From the NCBI RefSeq assembly GCF_000011325.1, contig NC_003450.3, forward strand, positions 390,001 through 422,000: a stretch of 32,000 nt of DNA, given 5' to 3'. The position numbers and the translations under genes were made by a program. Positions 28,438-32,000 of this stretch are shown here, piece by piece. Position 1 is the stretch's first letter. The number at the start of each line of letters is the position of its first letter. Below the pieces are notes generated by a model, which worked only from the letters and a program-made list of their open reading frames with translations, was not told the origin of the DNA and made no database searches. Origin of the DNA: Corynebacterium glutamicum ATCC 13032. Its GTDB lineage: Bacteria; Actinomycetota; Actinomycetes; Mycobacteriales; Mycobacteriaceae.

Positions 28438-29253
28438 TTAAGGCGCCACCGTTTCCCACGGTACAGTCAGCAGGCTATCGCCCACGCGTCGCCTGGACAC
28501 TGCGATGGGCCAACCTTGGTCGATGAGCATCTCGCGGGCTTTTTCCCAGCGCACGCGCGGTCCGTGGGGTTCCCAGCCGGCGCAGTAGTCCCAGGCTAAA
28601 TCAGCGGCTGCTAGCAGTGCGTGAATCTTTTCACCAGGAATGTTGCGGTGGATGAGCATTTTGGGCAGTCGTTCGGCCACATCGGAGGGGGTGGAGATTC
28701 CCCAAGGATCCCATGCAAGGGTGAGTTCTTGTGGGCCGTCTGAGTTAAGTGTGATCCAGGTGCAGCGTTTGCCGATTTCATCGCAGGTGCCTTCGAAAAA
28801 CAGTCCGCCTGGGGCAAGTCTGGAGGTGACGGTTTCCCATGCGGCTTCGACTTGGTCCACGTCGTATTGGCGCAGCACGTTGAAGGCGCGCACGAGTTGT
28901 GGGGTGTAGCCGGCAAGTTCGAATCCGCCGAGTTCAAAGGACACGCCGTTTTGGGGTTCGAGGACTCGTTCGGGGTTGATTTCTAGGCCGATGACATCCA
29001 TGTCGGGTTGGAGGCGGTGGAGCCAACGTCCCCATTCGACGGTGGTTGTGTGGCTGGCGCCGTACCCGACATCTAACGCCAGGGAAGTGGCGTCGAGAAG
29101 CGAACGTATTTTGGGATGATGAAAGCACCACCGATCGAAGCGCCGTAGGCGGTTCACACCGGTGGTGCCGCGGGTGATCACGCCGATTGGCTTCTGCTTT
29201 CCGTTTGCACCCTTGCGGAAAGAGGCGCGCAGATTGTGGGCGTGATCAGCCAT
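28438..29253 (-). CDS. Putative class I SAM-dependent methyltransferase (function unknown)
   Basis: 271 aa. A motif I-like segment ALDVGYGASHTT, a post-I acidic segment VIGLEINPERV, and LAPGGLFFEGT are present. The start abuts the stop of the upstream DUF2505 gene. Confidence 0.45.
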   Translation of the reverse strand: MADHAHNLRASFRKGANGKQKPIGVITRGTTGVNRLRRFDRWCFHHPKIRSLLDATSLALDVGYGASHTTTVEWGRWLHRLQPDMDVIGLEINPERVLEPQNGVSFELGGFELAGYTPQLVRAFNVLRQYDVDQVEAAWETVTSRLAPGGLFFEGTCDEIGKRCTWITLNSDGPQELTLAWDPWGISTPSDVAERLPKMLIHRNIPGEKIHALLAAADLAWDYCAGWEPHGPRVRWEKAREMLIDQGWPIAVSRRRVGDSLLTVPWETVAP

Positions 29254-29757
29254 TTAGAGGTTCTCGGAGATCCACTTTTCGGTCAGAGCGCCTTCGTTTG
29301 CGAAGAGCTCGCCGAGTGCGTCGGCAACCTTAGGCTCGATTGCAGGGCCCATGAATGGGATGTTCACGGACACTTCGTTGCTGTAGTCGAAGGTGGTTGC
29401 TGCGTCGTCGCCGTTGATGGCGATGGTGCCCTTGAAATCAACAGGGGTGCCCTTGACGTCAGCGTTGTACTCGACGGTTGTGGCGTTGTTGGTCAGTGCA
29501 GGAACCGTGAGGACTCGCTTGACCTTCAGTGCCTGGCTGATCATTGCGCGAACTGCCTCTGGGAGGACCTCGAGTGGGAGGACCTCAAAAAGGGTTGCGG
29601 TTGCGCCACCGTCAGCTGCGGTGAACTCGTTGACCTCGCCAGCTTCGGGGGAGAGGTTCTCTGCGATGTATGCCCAGTAGGCTTCGGTGGTCAGTGCTTG
29701 GTGCACCTTGCCGACGGGCTGATTGATCGTAATGGTGTTTTCTGTACGCGTTGCCAT
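29254..29757 (-). CDS. DUF2505 (SRPBCC-like) protein
   Basis: 167 aa. The pattern VGKVHQALTTEAYWAYIAE ... NIPFMGPAIEPKV ... KWISENL resembles the actinobacterial DUF2505 proteins that sit divergent from murB in mycobacteria (from memory). Confidence 0.55.
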   Translation of the reverse strand: MATRTENTITINQPVGKVHQALTTEAYWAYIAENLSPEAGEVNEFTAADGGATATLFEVLPLEVLPEAVRAMISQALKVKRVLTVPALTNNATTVEYNADVKGTPVDFKGTIAINGDDAATTFDYSNEVSVNIPFMGPAIEPKVADALGELFANEGALTEKWISENL

Positions 29758-29781
29758 GAGGATAAGACTACCGTTAGTGGG

Positions 29782-30888
29782 GTGTTGGATTCATCGCTAG
29801 CCCAGGAAATCGCCGCGATCGACGGCGTCGAACTCGATTCGGAAGTCACTTTCGCCGATCTGACGACCCTCCGCATCGGCGGAAAACCCCGCAGCGCCGT
29901 ACGTTGCCAGACCACGGAGGCGCTGGTCAGCGCCATAAAATTGCTTGACGACGCCTCCCTCCCCCTCCTCATCGTCGGCGGCGGGTCCAATCTCGTCGTG
30001 GCCGACGGCGATCTGGATGTTATTGCCGTCATCATCGAAACCGACGACGTCTCCATCAACCTCACCGACGGTCTCCTCACCGCCGATGCAGGCGCTGTTT
30101 GGGACGATGTTGTCCACCTTTCGGTGGATGCCGGCCTCGGTGGAATTGAATGCCTCTCCGGAATCCCCGGCTCCGCCGGCGCCACCCCAGTCCAAAACGT
30201 GGGCGCCTACGGCACGGAAGTTTCCGATGTACTCACCCGCGTCCAGCTTCTCGACCGCACCACCCACCAAGTCTCCTGGGTCGACGCCTCCGAACTCGAC
30301 CTCTCTTACCGATACTCCAATCTCAAATTCACCAACCGCGCAGTCGTCTTGGCGATCGAACTCCAGCTCCTCACCGACGGATTGTCCGCGCCGCTACGTT
30401 TTGGTGAATTGGGACGTCGATTAGCGATCTCCGAGGCCGAACCCCACCCACGTCGCCCCGTCCGCATGGTCCGCGACGCCGTCCTAGAACTCCGCCGCGC
30501 CAAAGGCATGGTCGTGGAACACACCGACCACGACACCTGGTCCGCCGGATCCTTCTTCACCAACCCAATCGTCGACCCAGCCCTTGCCGACGCAGTCTTT
30601 GAAAAAGTCGGCGAACCCACCATGCCCCGCTTCCCAGCCGGCGATGGCAAAGAAAAACTCTCCGCAGCCTGGCTCATCGAACGCGCCGGCTTCAAAAAGG
30701 GACACCCCGGCGCAGGCGCAAAAGCCTCCCTGAGCACCAAACACACCCTCGCACTCACCAACCGTGGCGACGCCCGCGCCTCCGACCTCGTCGCATTAGC
30801 CAAAGAAATCCGCGACGGAGTCCTCGAAACCTTCGGCGTCACCCTCGTCCCAGAACCCGTCTGGATTGGAATCAGCATCGATGACTGA
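29782..30888 (+). CDS. murB: UDP-N-acetylenolpyruvoylglucosamine reductase
   Basis: ORF 29236..30888, but its first ~180 codons are antisense to the DUF2505 gene. I prefer GTG 29782 or TTG 29785. The FAD-binding motifs LLIVGGGSNLVV and GSAGATPVQNVGAYG are present. Confidence 0.85.
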   Translation: MLDSSLAQEIAAIDGVELDSEVTFADLTTLRIGGKPRSAVRCQTTEALVSAIKLLDDASLPLLIVGGGSNLVVADGDLDVIAVIIETDDVSINLTDGLLTADAGAVWDDVVHLSVDAGLGGIECLSGIPGSAGATPVQNVGAYGTEVSDVLTRVQLLDRTTHQVSWVDASELDLSYRYSNLKFTNRAVVLAIELQLLTDGLSAPLRFGELGRRLAISEAEPHPRRPVRMVRDAVLELRRAKGMVVEHTDHDTWSAGSFFTNPIVDPALADAVFEKVGEPTMPRFPAGDGKEKLSAAWLIERAGFKKGHPGAGAKASLSTKHTLALTNRGDARASDLVALAKEIRDGVLETFGVTLVPEPVWIGISIDD

Positions 30889-31519
30889 ATTTTCCGACGT
30901 CCCTGGCACCGCCGCCCCACTGCACAGGGCGTTGGAAAATGCCGGATACTCCACTTTAGAATCCCTCGACGGTGTTCCCTACAAGACGTTGATTGCCCTG
31001 CATGGTGTCGGAAAAACTGGCCTCGGCAGGATCCAGGCAGCATTGTTGGAACGTGGCCTTTCCCTGGGGGAAGAAACAAAAGGCGCCACCATCACCCCAG
31101 GTCACACCGGTAAAGTGGCCTCAGATATCAAAACTCACATCACTTCCGTGGATCCCGTCGCATACGTCGATGGTCTAGAGGGGCGTCGGGTTGCTCACGG
31201 GCACCAATTGCTATCGATCTTCGGTCGCGTCACCGGCGCGGAACCCAAAATGTGGGGACCCTCCATGATCGGATACGGCTCAGTCCACTACGTTTCCCAC
31301 ACCGGAAGGGAAGGCGATTGGTTTCAGTGTGGTTTCAGCCCGGCGAAGTCCAAAATCTGCCTGTATGGCCTGAAGGATTCGCCTCGCGGTGAGGAATTGC
31401 TGCAGAAACTTGGAAAATACACCGAAGGCCGCGGATGCGTGTACATCAATAAACCGGAAGACATCGATTTGGATGTTTTAGAGGCCATGATCAGCGAGTC
31501 ATGGGCCGGCCAAGGCTAG
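30881..31519 (+). CDS. DUF1801 (YdhG-like) domain protein with an N-terminal helix-hairpin-helix-like segment
   Basis: ORF 30866..31519. I prefer the ATG at 30881, which overlaps the murB stop by 8 nt. An HhH-like LIALHGVGKTGLGRI segment is present. The DUF1801-like core is MWGPSMIGYGSVHYVSHTGREGDWFQCGFSPAKSKICLYGL. Confidence 0.55.
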   Translation: MTEFSDVPGTAAPLHRALENAGYSTLESLDGVPYKTLIALHGVGKTGLGRIQAALLERGLSLGEETKGATITPGHTGKVASDIKTHITSVDPVAYVDGLEGRRVAHGHQLLSIFGRVTGAEPKMWGPSMIGYGSVHYVSHTGREGDWFQCGFSPAKSKICLYGLKDSPRGEELLQKLGKYTEGRGCVYINKPEDIDLDVLEAMISESWAGQG

Positions 31520-31520
31520 G

Positions 31521-31696
31521 TTGCAAATCCCCACCACAAGTTGCTCTGATCAGCGATTTTGTGGTGGATTTTTGCGTCTCCGCCACCTGAAACCGCAAGG
31601 ATTCACCACAGATTCGAGTTTTCCTTTGAAACGTGGTGGATCCTTGCCCTGCAAACTTTCAGGAATCACACCAGTCCCACTGGCCACAAATGGGAA
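31521..31696 (+). repeat. Structured ~175-bp repeat, copy A (contains two CCACCAC-core hairpins)
   Basis: It aligns without gaps to 31826-32000 at about 90% identity by eye. Hairpin 1 spans 31525-31571 (aaatccccaccacaa / ttgtggtggattt) followed by TT. Hairpin 2 pairs 31599-31609 with 31633-31643 (ggattcaccac / gtggtggatcc). Confidence 0.85.
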
Positions 31697-31723
31697 ACCC
31701 CTCAGAATCGCTTCTGAGGGGTT
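31696..31723. other. Perfect 11-bp-stem hairpin in the spacer between repeat copies
   Basis: aacccctcaga (31696-31706) pairs with tctgaggggtt (31713-31723) around a 6-nt loop. A T-rich tail appears only on the minus strand (TTCCCATTTGTGG). Confidence 0.5.
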
Positions 31724-31825
31724 ATCTAGCGCCAGTTGGGGTAAGTGCCCATTTGGGAAACTCGACCTCTTAAATCGGCGTCTACTTGCCGAGCTTCTTC
31801 AACGTCCACTCGTGCGGGGCCTGAG

Positions 31826-32000
31826 TTGCAAATCCCCACCACAAATTGCTCTGATTAGTGGATTTGTGGTGGATTTTTGCGTCTTCGCTATCTGAAACCG
31901 CGAGGATCCACCACAGATTCGAGTTTTCCTTTGAAACGTGGTTGATCCTTGCCCTGGAATCTTTCAGGAATCACATCAGTCCCACTGGTTACAAAGTGGA
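31826..32000 (+). repeat. Structured ~175-bp repeat, copy B (runs to the window edge)
   Basis: It has the same architecture as copy A at an offset of 305 bp. I counted roughly 18 substitutions and no indels. Confidence 0.85.

Noticed and set aside
29236-29781. N-terminal ~180 codons of the 550-aa ORF that contains murB
   Set aside because: This stretch is exactly antisense to the well-supported DUF2505 gene (29254..29757). Its translation is Cys/Gly/Val-rich nonsense with no MurB similarity. MurB homology begins near LDSSLAQEIA, so it is a high-GC open-frame artefact.
31782-31893. Short minus-strand frame ending ...APHEWTLKKLGK*
   Set aside because: No ATG or GTG with an RBS is present, and most of the frame is the repeat B hairpin read backwards. 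It is too short and unsupported.
31521-31895. 124-aa ORF on the plus strand
   Set aside because: It reads straight through repeat copy A, the spacer hairpin and into copy B. The start is a non-ATG codon created by the repeat itself, and there is no RBS. The DNA-level repeat and hairpin structure explains the sequence better than coding does.
31521-32000. Possible CRISPR array
   Set aside because: Only two repeat copies are visible. They are about 175 bp long and about 10% diverged, separated by a single 129-bp spacer. No cas genes are present. This does not match CRISPR repeat size, identity or periodicity.

Overview
This is a high-GC actinobacterial chromosome segment. From memory, the gene content and order match Corynebacterium glutamicum-type core genome: galU', ybaK-like, ramB, sdhCAB, TetR plus two DHA2 MFS pumps, purU, deoC, csoR-copA, htaA-hmuTUV, htaB-htaC, murB. 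I cannot verify that here. I call 29 protein-coding genes (one partial at the left edge) and one gene remnant. I see no rRNA, tRNA, CRISPR array, transposase, integrase or phage genes. Most long ORFs on the opposite strand of these genes are high-GC artefacts. Hand-found regulatory sites are three DtxR-box-like sites (sdhC, htaA, htaB), a CsoR-type operator in the copA promoter, a GlxR-like and two RamB-like sites in the ramB/sdhC intergenic region, and a double palindrome in front of the TetR gene. Several strong intrinsic terminators are also present. I did not find a convincing new multi-gene system, because most of the window is well-studied central metabolism plus copper and heme homeostasis. 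The leads most worth follow-up are these: (1) a terminator-like hairpin between the DtxR box and the htaA start codon, which could be an iron-regulated attenuator or small RNA; (2) a ~175-bp structured repeat present twice at the right edge, whose CCACCACA hairpin core recurs downstream of deoC; (3) the TetR / twin translationally coupled DHA2 MFS module with its operator; (4) a siderophore-binding-protein remnant and an SD-preceded 33-codon ORF in the 6.7-7.2 kb gap; (5) a perfect 36-bp tandem duplication inside htaB. All motif matches and folds were done by eye. No database search or folding program was run.
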